The translations under genes were made by a program, and so were the position numbers. Source: Callorhinchus milii (Eukaryota). Taken from it: a stretch of 64,000 nucleotides of DNA. The stretch covers positions 91,390,001-91,454,000 of the forward strand of contig NW_024704743.1 in assembly GCF_018977255.1 (NCBI RefSeq), written 5' to 3'. Positions 50,101 to 63,714 of the stretch are shown here, in pieces (within the stretch, counting starts at the first letter, position 1; every line of letters starts with the position of its first letter). Under the pieces are notes generated by a model. It did not search any database, was not told the DNA's origin, and worked only from the letters and a program-made list of their open reading frames with translations.

Positions 50101-50642
50101 AACGGTTTCTATTTAGGTGGTGAAAGGTTTCGGGCAGGAAAGCAGAGTTAAAGGTGCATGTACTTCTGATGTGGTCTGATACTATAGATTTCTGAGAAGC
50201 TCAAGGTGCAGGAATTCGAGTGTTACTGAACAAAAGCCTTCTAACGAATATTACCTAATTAAAAATAATCACCTCACTCGTGATGAGATGTTGTGTAAGC
50301 TACGAGCACAAGGGCAGATACAAGGCAATTATATCCTCTGATGCACATGCATTCATCAGTTCAGACATTTATCAAACACTCCTAGTAACTGACCAAGGTC
50401 CCTACAATGTGACTTGGTGACTGATCTGTAAGGTTGGCCTTTGACAGGTCAGGCATTGCACTGTTTTGACATGGTTTAGGATCAATTTCGGGCAAACTTT
50501 GAAAAAAAACTGAGCATCATTCAGATGCTGGGATTCAGATGTTTAAGGATTATTGTTTAACGTGAGTATGATGTGGAAACAGTATTATAACCTTATGTAA
50601 CCCAGCTGCAGGTCACTGGGATTTAACACTGTACCTGCAATA

Positions 50643-50916
50643 ATATAATAATAATCATAATAATAATGATCCTTGCATGTCTCAAAGGACTTCATAGAAT
50701 ATATTGTAAAGTGGATTGACTGGATATTTTGTGGGCAAAACGCAGAAACCAATTGCACACAACAGTGTCCCACAAACAGTTGTGGATTGAGTGACCAATT
50801 TTTTTTGAGGGATTATTACCCCCGGAAAGTGAACTGCCAATTGACTAACAACCAGGTTTCTACTTACTGCTTGGTAAACAGAGGCATGTGTAATAAGGAA
50901 ACTTGCATAAGGTTGC
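50643..50916 (-). mobile_element. Long-variant SINE, partial
   Basis: Reverse complement matches 33790-34060 including the extra internal segment. Confidence 0.75.
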
Positions 50917-52593
50917 AGTGAAACTAAACCATGAAAAGAGCAATCAGGTATTTATAACACACAAAAGCAATGGGATGCTTTAATACCAGCAAAATAATTA
51001 ACATGAATGCATCCATCTGTGCAGATGGTATTTGGAGAATGACATTTAAAATATAAAAGATATTCAAAAGTTTGCGAGTATATTCTTCTTAATCCCTCAT
51101 CCCCCTCTCTCTCTCTCCTCCAACACCAGTTACAGTGACAGATACAATAGTAATTTATTTTCAATGGGAGAGGAAGGTTTTTTAATAATGAGAAGAAGAA
51201 GAATAGAATAATATGAATCCTCATATTTGATACAATGCCGGTAATGGCAAAGCATTTCCAAGTGCTTCACCGATAATTTCTGTCAAGTGTAGTGACTGTC
51301 TACTTGAGGGAACAGCAGCCAATTTGCACAAAGCAATATCCCACATATCAACCCGCCCCATGAAGTGAATGGCCACTTTTTGTTGGAGGAATGTTATCCA
51401 GAACATGGAGAGAAACTTCCTTCTCTTTTGAATAATGTCATGGGATCTTCAATGTACATCTGTCCATGTGGCACGGGACCTCAGTTTAATGTCTCATCTG
51501 AAGAATGCATATCTGACAATGCTGCTCTCTTCCACTGGAGCATCAGCCTACATTTTGACCTCAAAGTCTCGATGGGAGCCTTTGAAGACATATTTGGGTC
51601 ACCCAGTCTGTCCTGCAGGACATGTGTGGCTTTGTTGCCAGGTTTTCTCCTCGGAGGCACTTCTGCCCCAGGGAGCCCGTTTATCCACGCCCCTCCCCAA
51701 GGAGGATGCTTTATCAAATCTGTTCCTGCACCACATATTGTCTGGGAAACAACGGCAAGTGGCAGACTGCAAGGAGCTACAGTCTGCGAGATGTTTTCTC
51801 AGCTCAGCTGCTTCTCAAATTGAAAACAATGGTCCTGGTGTGAAGCAGGAGGAACCATCTTAATTTATCGCTAAATCAATGCCAATGCCGCTAAATTAAA
51901 GCACTCAGCTCCCTTCATTTCCAATACAATAGAAGCTTTAAAACAGTAAGATAAGCAAAAGAGAATCAACATCTCAATTTTGACAAGAAGTGTCTCGTCC
52001 TCACCGTTAACTGGCAATGCAGCAAACAGAACTCTCAGAAATTAGACAGCAAATCTTAAAATGTTCTCAAGGGGCAGGCAGTGTTGTTAGTGCATTAGTT
52101 TCTTAATTGCAATGATAACTGTGATGATCCTGTAATGGGGCCGTGTGTTCGAAAGCAACCCTAGAGAAAGGTTGCATGCTGACTGCAGTCTGTGTTGCAT
52201 TAATCAATTACGACCAATATATTTGTACACATAGTGTTTAACAGCCGATATGCAAAGCTTCTCCGATTTACAATGCCATTAATTCCCACTATTGTTACTG
52301 CAGGAGAAGTGAACAGGGGCAAACTTTGATTAAATGGGATTCTTCTGGAATCCTATTTAATCAATCTGCTATCGCAAACGCCATTTGCAGCACAAAAGGG
52401 CAATTGCTGTATAGATTGATTTCCCTCCTGCTCGCAAGCTGATTGCATTAAAGCCAATAGAGAATGAGAGAGACTATGAATGTAATTTTAGGTGATACAC
52501 TCATCACACTGACAATGACGTACACTCAACACCGTGAACCAGAGAAAAATGTCTAACCTTGTATTTCAAGCTTTTCCGTCGGTCTCCTCAAAC

Positions 52594-52978
52594 AATAAAT
52601 AATTCTTGCATTCGCGATAGGGCCTTTTATATCAGAAGGATGTTTCAAATTGCTTTACTGTGAAGTGCAGTGACTGCGTAATTTGGAGGCAAACACAGCT
52701 GCCAATTTGTTCATGGCAATATTTTACAAACAACCTTGAAGTGAACGACCAATTTTATTTAGGGGATTGTAGGCCAGGATACCAGGAGAAACTCCACACT
52801 CTTTTTTTGAATAGTACCATGACATCGTTAATTTCCTTCTGAATAGGCATCTGAAAGATGGCTCCTCCGACAATGACGTGCACCCCCAGTATGCTATTGG
52901 AATGTCAGTCGTGATGTAGGGCTTGAACCCACGACCTTCTGACTCAGAGTCGAGAGTGCTACCAACTGAGCCACAGTG
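52594..52978 (-). mobile_element. Old tRNA-derived Deu-type SINE with well-preserved head
   Basis: Minus strand GTGGCTCAGTTGGTAGCACTCTCGACTCTGAGTCAGAAGGTCGTGGGTTCAAGCCC, then body, core and tail. Further degenerate copies lie near 17445, 18920, 24545, 37075, 45305, 49285, 51220, 55090, 56015, 59165 and 61270. Confidence 0.85.
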
Positions 52979-53884
52979 CCACTTAACTAACATCTAAGGC
53001 TGACATCAACGTGCAGTAACTGAACAGCTTTATCTCAGAACTAAACATCTAGTGTGCCATCTCCATCAATGTGAAAATGTTTCCAACAGACATGAATAAT
53101 CTGATAATTTGGCATTTAATTTGCTGGACCAATGGGATTCACAGTATCACATTCACCCTTGGCAGGCTCGCTGGACTGGTTGCTTTCTGTTTTAATTATC
53201 TTTGTGAGCAGGATGATGAATAACAAGGCATTTACCAGCAGAGTCTGGTTTCTTATAAAAGTCATTACGTCTTTCTGCTGACATGTTACACTGTTTAAAT
53301 GAACCTCTCTTCATTTAATACTGCTCACAAATATGATGGACTGTCAGTTTAATCTGTCTTATCATCATACATCTCACCCAACCTCCAGTATAACTGATTT
53401 TGACAATTACTCTGCAAAGAATGAGGTAGCAATAGATGTGACTGATACTAAATGTCTCTGGAAGTTTACAGTGACACCTAGTGAATGGCAGGACTATAAA
53501 TTAAAATTACAGTCAAGTCACCTGTCATGGTAGCAGTTATACATTACTAAATTCCTCTTCAGATGGGAAATAACCTAATGGGATTCAAAAAAAATGGTTG
53601 TATCTACACATCATCATCTTCGCTTTGTTCACCTTGCTTTAAGAGAGGTTTTGTTGGGTGGCTAATAATTTGATTGTGAATGAGAAGTCATTGACATTTC
53701 AAAGGTTTTACACCAAAGAAGACTGTTTTTTCAAGTGGGAGAGTTGAAAATTACAGTGGAGACTGATGTAGTTATATAAAAAAATACACACTCACCTCCA
53801 ATTGAGAATGGGTTATTTATGAGAGTTTCCCCACAAAATACACAATCAATCCACTTTATAGTGTATCTTGTGATGCGCTTTAAG

Positions 53885-54330
53885 AAATCGTCCATGTCTT
53901 CTCCTGCACCAGGTTCCATGAACCCATCACCCCCATCCTTGCTCAGTTCCACTGGCTCCCCATCTCCCATCGGATTGAATTCAAGATCCTCACCCCATCA
54001 TACCTTCGTGACCTCAGCCTACTCTCTATGCTCAGTGAACACTGGCCTGCTTTACGTCTCCCGCCCAATCTGCTCCACCATCAGTGGGCAAGCTTTCAGC
54101 TATTCTATCCCCACCTTCTGGAACACCATCATCCTTCACTTTCTCCCCCTCCTTGCCTTCCCAACCCCCACCTTGAAAACCTGCCTTAAGACCTATTATT
54201 ACAATTGTTTTTTTCTCACCTTACCACCCTCCCCACTTCCTGTCCCTCACAGCTAGTCAGCTCTATGAAATGTTTTGATATGTACTTCTGACATGAAAAG
54301 GTGTTGTATAAATGTTAATTGTCGTTTTGT
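53885..54330 (+). mobile_element. Old L2 ORF2 C-terminal/3' fragment
   Basis: tccactggctccccatc...cggattgaattcaagatcctc (HWLPI..RIEFKIL-like), then STISGQAFSYSIPTFWN...LKTCLKTY, typical L2 ORF2 end, and a degenerate tail. Confidence 0.75.
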
Positions 54331-56362
54331 TAGCATCTCCAGGAGCTGAGAGAATCAGAGAGGAAAGCAAACAAGAATTAATATAATTGGGTTTTATGAG
54401 TGTCCTTGAATAAACCGAAGGCTTTAGCAACATGATGTGCTGCCTTGCAGATGGGATCAGAGCTGCATTCATTCATCAGAAGCAGTTAGATGACCGGAAA
54501 GGCTTAGCTGCCTTGGAACAAATCAATCGCAATATTTGAAAATAAGGGATTTTTTAAATGATGACTCATCAGAAAGCAATAATGTCAATCTAGTCTCTTT
54601 GAAACCAGCTCAGAACATATACTGAAACATCAAATGCCACTTCATCCATGTAAGCTCATGAGTCAGCCCCTGGGCAATTTGTGCTCCTATTAAACCTGAT
54701 CTCGTAAACATCAGCCATCTCGCCCTGCCTCTAAATATGAAATCTAAGCTAAAAAACATTAATAAGCTCCTGTTTCCCATGACTTTTCCAATGATTAGTG
54801 AAAAAGCTGACAAATAATAATTTAAAAAATTATTATTGAAGAATTTGATACAGTGCCTTTCATATCACCATGGTACTACATGCTGGAACACATTTAGACA
54901 AGGCGTAGTAGCAGATAATTATTTGGGCAGGACAAGTTTGCAGGGTTATGGGGAGAGAATGGGAGAGTGGGATTGATTTGGATAGCTCTTTGAAAAGAGC
55001 TGACACGATGGGCTGAATGGCCTCCTTCTATGCTGTATAATCTATGATTCTGGGATGTTTCATATTCAAATTATTTTATAAAAAACAATAATAACCCTTT
55101 CCTTTGATATAGTGACTCTCATCTCGGGAGAAAGTCTCAAAGAATTTCAAGATTTTATTGCTGTAGCAATAAATATGTATGTGCTACATTGCTGTAGCAC
55201 ATACAACAATGTCCCATAAACAACCATGAATGACCAATTTTATTTGGGAGATTTTGGCCAGGACACTGGGTAAAATTCTCTTCTCTTTTGGAAAGTGCCT
55301 TAGGATTTTTAATGTCTACCTGAACAGACAGGACTAACCATTTCCTAACACACTGTTCATTTTGCACTTTTATCAGGATGTTGATTCAACAATAGTGAGT
55401 GGAGTGTCTCATTTCCTAGATCCACTAGATTTTTATTACTGTGGGAAGGTTGCCTCCATTGACTATGAAAATTCCACCCAATATCATGTATTCAATTTCT
55501 GCAACATTTTATTCATCACTGTTTAGAAAGCTGCCAAATACCAGAAACAAATTACAAAAAGCAGCTCTAGACAGATTATTATCTCCATCAGTGCGTATGT
55601 GAGACAGAAAAAGAGAAAGAGAATGAAAGACAGACAGAAGCAGAGTGAAAATTTTCATTAAAGAGGTTCATTCTGATAATAAAGACAGTATTAGATGTCA
55701 TGGAAACCCTCTATCCAGCCAGATACTATTTATATTTTCTAGGGTGCTTTGTGCAGCATAATATCTGATAGATGGTGTGAGATATGAGCAATGAGGAAGC
55801 TTAGGGCAGTTGCATTTGTGTTGCAGTTTAGGGTTATTTAAATAGCATTCCTGGGATAACTTTCAAATTTAGCTGGGGAGAAGATTAAAATAATTTTAGT
55901 GCCAGAACACTGAAAATGAGACAAGACTGTAACAGAATTATCTATTCTATTAATTTTTGGTCTTGTTAGTGTTCCCTGTGTATAAAGGACACAGAGCAAT
56001 AATACTAATACTACTGATAATAGTCCTTACCTTTGATATAGTAACTTTCACATCACGAGGATGTCTCAAAGAGCTTTGCAGGATTTATTGTAAAGTGTCG
56101 TAACTGTGTGTTTTGTGGGTGAGTGCAGCAGGCAGTTTGTGCACAGCAATGACCCACAAAAAGTCATGAAGTGAATGACTAAGTTTATTGGGGGGATTGT
56201 TAGCTGCGACACTGGGAGAGATTACCTTCTGTGCATTTCCATTGTTTCAAAAATCTGGGGGGAAAGATCTAATAACATAAGGTGTGTGCCATGTTTCTGT
56301 ACATCAGAATAAATACCCATTAGGTGCAAGCACCCTTTCTTGAAAATGGCCTCTTTCTTTCA

Positions 56363-56463
56363 GATCTGCTGAAGGGTTGTGGACCTGAACCGTTGACTCA
56401 CTTTCCTTTCTTCATAGATGGTGCCTGACCTGCTGAGTGTTCCCAGTGACTTCTGCTTTTGTT
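56363..56463 (+). mobile_element. Penelope-like terminal fragment with decayed hammerhead core
   Basis: ctgctgaagggttgtggacctgaaccgttgactcactttcc...gcctgacctgctgagtgttc is homologous to the reverse complement of 45794-45892. Flanked by the 11-bp direct repeat TCTTTCTTTCA (56352-56362, 56464-56474). Confidence 0.65.
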
Positions 56464-56909
56464 TCTTTCTTTCAATCCTTAATCACCTTTGATTCTCTCT
56501 TGAGGCAAACGTGAAATTATCATCGACATAAGCCCTTCAGAGGGGCTTCTACCATTTTTGTATTCAACATTTGTTTTCCATCACTGATTTGTTGAGGCGG
56601 TGCAGCATTTACGTTCTTCCAGGCCAAGAAATCTTTCTTTCAAGCAATCATCTATTTTTTTTAAAAAATCGATCACACCTTTGACTTTGGCTGTGGCTGT
56701 TTGGTGTGAGGTTGGGGCGTGATTCAAGGTCTCTTCTTCCACAGCTACTCCTCCAGCTCGTGTTATGGGCTTATGTCTGAAGGGCTTATGTCGATGATAA
56801 TATTCACGTTTGCCTCAAGAAAGAATCAAAGGTGATCAAGGATTGAAAGAAAGAAACAAAAGCGGAAGTTACTGGGAACACTCAGCAGGTCAGGCAGCAT
56901 CTATGAAGA
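56409..56909. repeat. Long inverted repeat: arms 56409-56541 and 56776-56909, spacer 234 bp
   Basis: Manual alignment of the left arm with the reverse complement of the right arm: 5 substitutions and one 1-nt indel over about 133 bp. Confidence 0.92.
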
Positions 56910-57223
56910 GTCCTGTAGCTCAGTGGTTAGAGCACTCGCTTTGCAAGCGAGAGACCTGAGTTCAATTCCAGTCAGGGCGAAACCTTGGGCACGTTTCCTT
57001 ACTCCACACACCTAACAATAATCCCTCCAAAACCAAAAACAATAATACGTTGGTCCTTTTTAATCCACGACTGTTTGTGGGACACTGCTGTGCGCAATTG
57101 GCTGCCGCGTTCGCCCACAAATATACAGTCAATTCACTTTACAGTATATTCTGTGAAGCGCTTTGAGACATCTGGAAGACGTGAAAAGCGCTATATCACA
57201 TGCAAGGATTATTATTATTATTA
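56908..57223 (+). mobile_element. Young near-full-length SINE
   Basis: gagtcctgtagctcagtggttagagcactcgctttgcaagcgag...tgcaaggattattatt. Confidence 0.92.
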
Positions 57224-60200
57224 TGGAGTTCAGTGCACACCATGCCATCATCCAGCTACTAAGGATATGACCTGCTGCTCCTATGTCTGAGCCCCAGGTC
57301 TTGTGAGTAGTCTCTGTGGATCCTCACCTGCTTGGAATCTTTGACCCCTGTGTCAGTGATGGCTTCACGCTCCAATCCCTAATGGTGTGACAATTTTAGG
57401 CCTTGGAGATGTCTTATAACATTAGCCTTTGAATCGTTCACAAATACCGTCAAATGATTACTGAAAGCAAATCCAATTTACTTAAATTATTTATTGGGAG
57501 CACGAGCGCGATAGCATTCATGACATTATTATTTTAGGATTGCAAAAACTCAGTAGATAAGAGTTGAAAAGCGTCTTGAGGAGTTATGAACTTTACAATG
57601 ATATCTGAGTATTGTTGTTTACCCTATCGTTCGAGTGGAAGTTGGTGTCAGGCTCACACCTTTTGTTCTGTGAAAATGAATTCTGGTAAATGCCGCCTTT
57701 GTCAGGAGATTCCTCAGTGATCTCTGGGATCCAGCTAGGATTGTGGGTATGTTTCTGCTGTGGTCTTATTTGTATTCGAATAGTCTTACGAGGCCACTGA
57801 AGAACTCAGAAAACTGACACATTTGTCTGGCATGTTACTGAATACCTTTAGTACTTTGAAAGGTACCAGCCTGCTTTGAAGTTCAATTTCTGTGTCTCTG
57901 AGAACATCGCTTTGGTTTCAGTGAACGATTCTATCAGCAGAGTCAAACGTTTAATTTTGCTGAGTTGCGAGCTCTCATGTTGATTTTTCAGATGCCATTT
58001 TGTGCATTTACTGTGACCGATGCAATAAGTCAATAATTTGCATGGGTCAAACATCTGACTTGCATGCGGAAGTGTATGCAATGGATTAGTGGTAATTACA
58101 GTTTGATCGGCTAAATCACTTTCACAGCGATTCAGAGTGACAAGGCTCAGAGAAGGGGAAAATTAGGGTAACCCGAAAGGTCACATGATATGACAAAGAA
58201 GCACCAGAACTGTATAAAGGGAAAGTGACCTCATTAAATTTCCAACAGTCCATGTCTACATAAACCTAATCCAGTGCTTTGGGACGTCCTCCCGACGTGA
58301 AAGGCGCTCTATAAATGTAATTTTTTTGTTGTTGTTGTATGGGGGTGTAGGGATATAGGGGTAATGTGGTTGATTTGGTTGAACTAAGCAGAATTTTCCT
58401 TAAATATGTTAATCGGACCCCAATAAGTTTTGTAAGTGCTTAACAAATACAACATTTTCCTTCCTCATAGTCTACAAGCCAAGTCTACATTAGACAGATT
58501 ATACTGGAAACTAAAAGGCAGGAGGAGCTTTTATTTTTTACAGCTTCTGTTGCATTCCCACATCTCAAAGCACCTTACAGTATTTACAGTCAAGTTTGCT
58601 TAATGTTAAGTCACCTATTGTTATACCTGCAGCCGGTCCTAGTTGTGCTTGGTATGTTTTCTACACATTTGAGTTTGCTTATTGTTAGAACCTTACAATG
58701 TTATAATTCGTTCTAATTTTATGCAAATTTGCAGTCCTGATTAACAAAAGATTGGATAATGTTATTCCCAGGGGTGTAGTGCAGCTGGAGTGGTCCAAAG
58801 CATCACTCCAGCATCTGAAACCTGGAACCAAGAGATAGGTAGATGGTCCATTGAGAAGAAGTTGTTAGAGTACAAGATTTTAGCCTTCATAGTGACTGTT
58901 ATTTTTGTGATTCAATTTTGAAGATAAAACAAAATTGACTTTTTTTAACTAACCCTGGAGGTTATTTTTGAATTACAGTGAAATTAAAGTATTGGAGTTT
59001 TTCTTTTTTTTAAGGTTTGAAATTGTTAATGCCTTCAGAACAGTCTGGAAGTGTTTGCAAGTGTTTCTAAGGGAAGCTCCCCTTTTGTTATAGTACGAAT
59101 AATGTTATAATTTTGTCCGATTTGACAAAGTATAGCATTAAGCAGACTCGACTGTATTGTTAAGTGCTGTGAGTAAACATTGCAGTAATTTTACACAAAG
59201 AAAAATCCCCCAAATGTAATTGGAAAATTGTTAATTGGAAAACTGGGAGAAACAACTTCCTTTTTGCAAATAGTGTCATATGGTCACTTAATGCCTACTT
59301 GGCGATTTGGCAGACAGGACCTCATCTTAACATCATCACCTCAAACAATCCAACGCTCCCCTAGGACTGTATTGGGGCATCAACCCAATTTCTCAACGTA
59401 AGGGTCAGAAACTGCTAGCCCCGAGGTGAATGTGCTACCAACTGGGCCAATTTAACACCTTAATTAATTAATCTCATGTGAAAATAATGCGCTGGGGGAA
59501 AAAAATAGATAAAGAGAAAATGAGCTTTGGTTTGCTTTGAAGAATAAATCCTAAAACTAGGGCTGTAAATGCTCGAGCTTCCAGCAAAATTGTTACAAGA
59601 TCCCAAAGGATTAAACATTCACTCTGGGCAGTTTTATCACCAGGATGCTAAATGTCCAATGCTGCGGTGAGAGAACACTCTTATTTTTTCTATTAAAATA
59701 ATTACTTGACACAGTTGAGATATCCTGATGTGCTAAATGGAGAACTGCTATCAAAGATAGGGTGGGAGAACTCTTTTTGTTTCTCTTTTGCTATAGCTGT
59801 TAAAATTGGTTACTGTCAGTATAACTGAACCAAGCCATTACATTTCTACAATTGACCAAAATTGCTTTCCATCATTGTAATTCCCTTTTGCCAATATTTT
59901 CATTGTTGCCTCCAGAAATAGTTTAATGCAGCAGAGCCCTTTACAATGCAGTTTTTGGAGGCTGTACAGTGTGCAGGGGGGATGGGATTGAAATGGGCAG
60001 TATAGTGCACAATGACTTTGGGCAGTGTCTATTATATTAAAGATCTTATCACAAGAAGTTACATTCTCGTTATAGAAATCCAATACCAATTGACAATATA
60101 TAGGCTGTATGGAAAACCATTAAGCTTTTTTATATATTTTTTTCAACTGCATTGACGTTTTGTAGTTTGTCTTATAAATAACTGGAGGAGCACACTCAAT

Positions 60201-60544
60201 AGTTTGTGATTATCGGTACAATTTATGGTGTAGTTTGGCCAATTTGGAGTAGAACGAGAGTCAGTCAGAGCAGGAGTTGGTGGGGAGCGGGTGATGGAGA
60301 GGGAAGTTGTCTCAAATAACTTTCCAATGTACATAAAATGCTTCCAAATTACAATATAATTACTACATCAGAAAACCAAGTTAGTTGGCATCAGTGAATG
60401 GAAAGTGATCAATTTCACCGTTGTCTCAAAAAACTGCAAAGCACAAGAATAGCCACTTAAATTTCTATATGTAGCACTGAAGCCACGGTTGGGAAATTAA
60501 ACATTCTCCAATAGAATTTAGCCCGCAAGCATTTATCAGCCTGG

Positions 60545-60925
60545 AATCAGCCTGGCTCAGTTGGTAGCACTTTTGCCTCTAAATGATATGGTTGTGGGTT
60601 CAAGCCCCATGGCGTTTTTTTAAATGGTTTAGGCTGACACTCCAATACATGTGTGTTGCATTGTCAGAGGTGTCATCCTTTGGATAAAACATTAAACTGA
60701 GGTCCAGTCTGCCTGTTTACATAAACATTATAGATCCCATGACGCTCTTCAATGTCTAGGCCAATAATGCGCCAAATAAAGTTGGTCATTTTGTGACTTT
60801 ACTGTGCAAAAAAAGTGACTACTACATTTGCCTATAAAATGCAGTGTCATTGAACTTTATAGGAAGTGAGCTTTGAGACGTTCTCCCAACATGAAAGATG
60901 CTATACCAAATGCAAGAATTATTAT
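60545..60925 (+). mobile_element. Old tRNA-derived Deu-type SINE
   Basis: tcagcctggctcagttggtagcac...ggttgtgggttcaagcccc head, body, and tail ending aaatgcaagaattattatt. Confidence 0.8.
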
Positions 60926-63714
60926 TTTATTTCTTGTGAAACAATCTGGCTGCCAACAGTTGTTTTCCATTCAGCATTCCATGGAGGAGATTTATTGATA
61001 AAATTCACAAGCATATGGTCATGTGTGGGAAGACCTCTTTATTACTAGTTTTTATTTATTCCCCGAGTGTTTTCATACTTTTGAGGATAATGCATTCCTC
61101 TACCACATGCATTCAAACATCATTAACTCTCAATCAGCCCAACTGAATTCAACTCCCTCCAACCTGCACTTATTACCCACACATACAGTACTGCCTATTC
61201 TTCCCGGATGAACTGCCTAAACCCCACTCAAATTTTACAACAAAACCCTCAAAATAATCAGAAATACAACAATCCTTCAGATTAGGTGGTCATTCATGGC
61301 TGCTGTTTTACATGATTTCTGTGATTAGCTACTGTGATCAGACAGTTTCACCCACAGAGTGCGCACACAATCACATTGCTTTACAGTATATCCTACGAAA
61401 AGCTTTAAGGTGTTTCAGTGATGTGATAAGGCTCTATATGAAATGCAAGGATCATTATTACATACTGGTTACATTTAGTATTTTGAGATGTTGATTTGAC
61501 AAGTACAAGTTTTTCTTTCTGAAGCTGACCTTTCACTCTCTATTCTCTTTGGTGCAAAGAATAGTTTTCTCTCATTTCTTTCTTATTTTTAAAAAAAACA
61601 GACAAGAATCACAGATTGTCAGAAGAATGAAATATTGCCTTCTGACATGCAGCTGAGGGGATCAAGATTTGCTGCAATTCAGAGTGCTTTGTAAAGTGGG
61701 TATATTCCAATGAATGTGTTATAATCTCTAAATGGTATTGATGCAAGTTAATTAATGACTGGCAGGGGTCACCAGGGCAGGAAGAATGGTTGAGTCCAGG
61801 GTGCTGTAATCATTAAAAAAAAGTTTGATATAGTGATGGGAAGGATGAGATCAATTAGGTCAAAGGACCTTCATCCAAACCTCACTTGTGTTTTTTTGGC
61901 AGTCAGGTGTCTAACATATGTGGAAATTCATTAATATGATCAAGCGTATCCGAATCAGACTGAGAGTTCCATGCAAACTACCAACACATGGACATTCTCA
62001 CATCTGAAATGGAATGCGCAATTTCTCCCCAGAAGGACAAATCCTGCTTACCAAAGTCAGAGGCAATAAGTAGAGGGGTGACAAGCGATGAAAAAAAGAA
62101 ACAGGGGAGAGGAAGAAATGAGATTATTAAGCACAGGTTGGCGAGAGCCAAGACTTGGGGACCCAAGAGTAGACATTAGGCTACTGGAGCTTTATCACCT
62201 AAAACCATCACTGGTTTTAGTTTGTGAACTTATGATGTGAGATACTGCATCACGTATTGGTGTTTCTGAAGTATCTTTGACCATCACAATTTTTGCCTCA
62301 TAAAGACTTTGTGAGCCAGCCCAGGCTTGGTGGGCAGAATGGCCTCCTTCTGCGCTGTATATTTCTATTAAGAACTGCGGAAAAAGATCTTCTGAATCAA
62401 GAATGAATTTGGGTTGATCACAATACAGGGTGATCTTAAATTTCAAAACAATTTTTTTTTACAGGCTAAGACCGGTGGAATTTAAGCTCTCAATACTTTT
62501 ACATATGAGCAGATGGTTTGCCTTTCTCACTGAAATGGACCATTTATAAAACTGTAACAGCAGGTTTCCAGAAATACACAAGTCTGTTCTTTTAACTAAC
62601 GATACTTGGTGGTGAAACCAGATGTATGGAAGGAATCTTTTGGGAAATTGTATGGGATGTTTGGATGGACAGAAGTAGAAGAAAAGTATTGTTTCCATTA
62701 ACAGCTAGCCTACGCGTCCCACCTTTCTGAATGACGTATCATGGAGAGAACATCTATTGTATAAAACATTGTTCTAAACATCTGAAACAGGAAGATGGAT
62801 AGGAACACAAACCCACAAGATAAATTTTCAAGTTCCAGCAATGAAAGACTCTCACTGCTAGCTCCCAACACTGAATTCTGACGGATAACCAGCACACTAC
62901 TTACATCACTTTAAAATCAGAGTGTCTAGCAACCAAAGTACAAAGAGCTTGTTTGCAACAAATCACAGTAAAGTCACACTTCAGAATATTTCTCTTTTTG
63001 AATATGTATTTTGCAAAAATAGCTAGGAATGCTATTTCCCACAGTGGAATCTGTTTACATGTTTGCGAAAACTGTCACAAGCTTGCAATTGATGCACAAC
63101 TTGTCATAAGTGAGACTCAAAACGGCACAGCTTTTGGTGCATTTTGGCTAAGAAATGGTGCATTTTGGTTAAGAATCCTGAAGGAGGTCAGTCATTATAT
63201 TGTTACAAGCACAAGTTAGTATTTATATTGTTACAGGGTACAAGTCCAGCTCTTCTTGGGGTCCAGAGCGACAGGAAATCAGAGGGTCAGAAGCAACAAA
63301 TAGACAGGGCGAGAAGTAATGGGAGAAAAGAAACAGCAGTGAGGAAGAACTGACCAAACAAAACAACACCAGAAGAATCAGAAAACAAGAGGCTGGCAGA
63401 GACAGGCTGGATTGATGGACTGGATTTGACCACCTTGTATTTTTCCCAGTCTATTAACGATATACAATCTACATTGATTTATTATAGACAACCAGTTAAA
63501 AGACTTGAAAAGATTCATGGGCCTGACATGCCTTTGTCCAGCTGCAATAAACAACCTCTGACATTCAGGAAGGTCTTGTTCCCCTGGAAATGCATAATTT
63601 ATTATCTATCTCTTTTTCAGTTGTCTGCATCTTACGGTGTTCTTTTGCTTCCTATGTTTTCTGTTCTCTCTCTCTTTTCCTCTCATCTTCTTTCTCCTAT
63701 CAATATTTGTGTGT

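Noticed and set aside
51365..51863. Overlapping 142-152 aa ORFs
   Set aside because: Begin inside an old SINE and show no protein-family signature.
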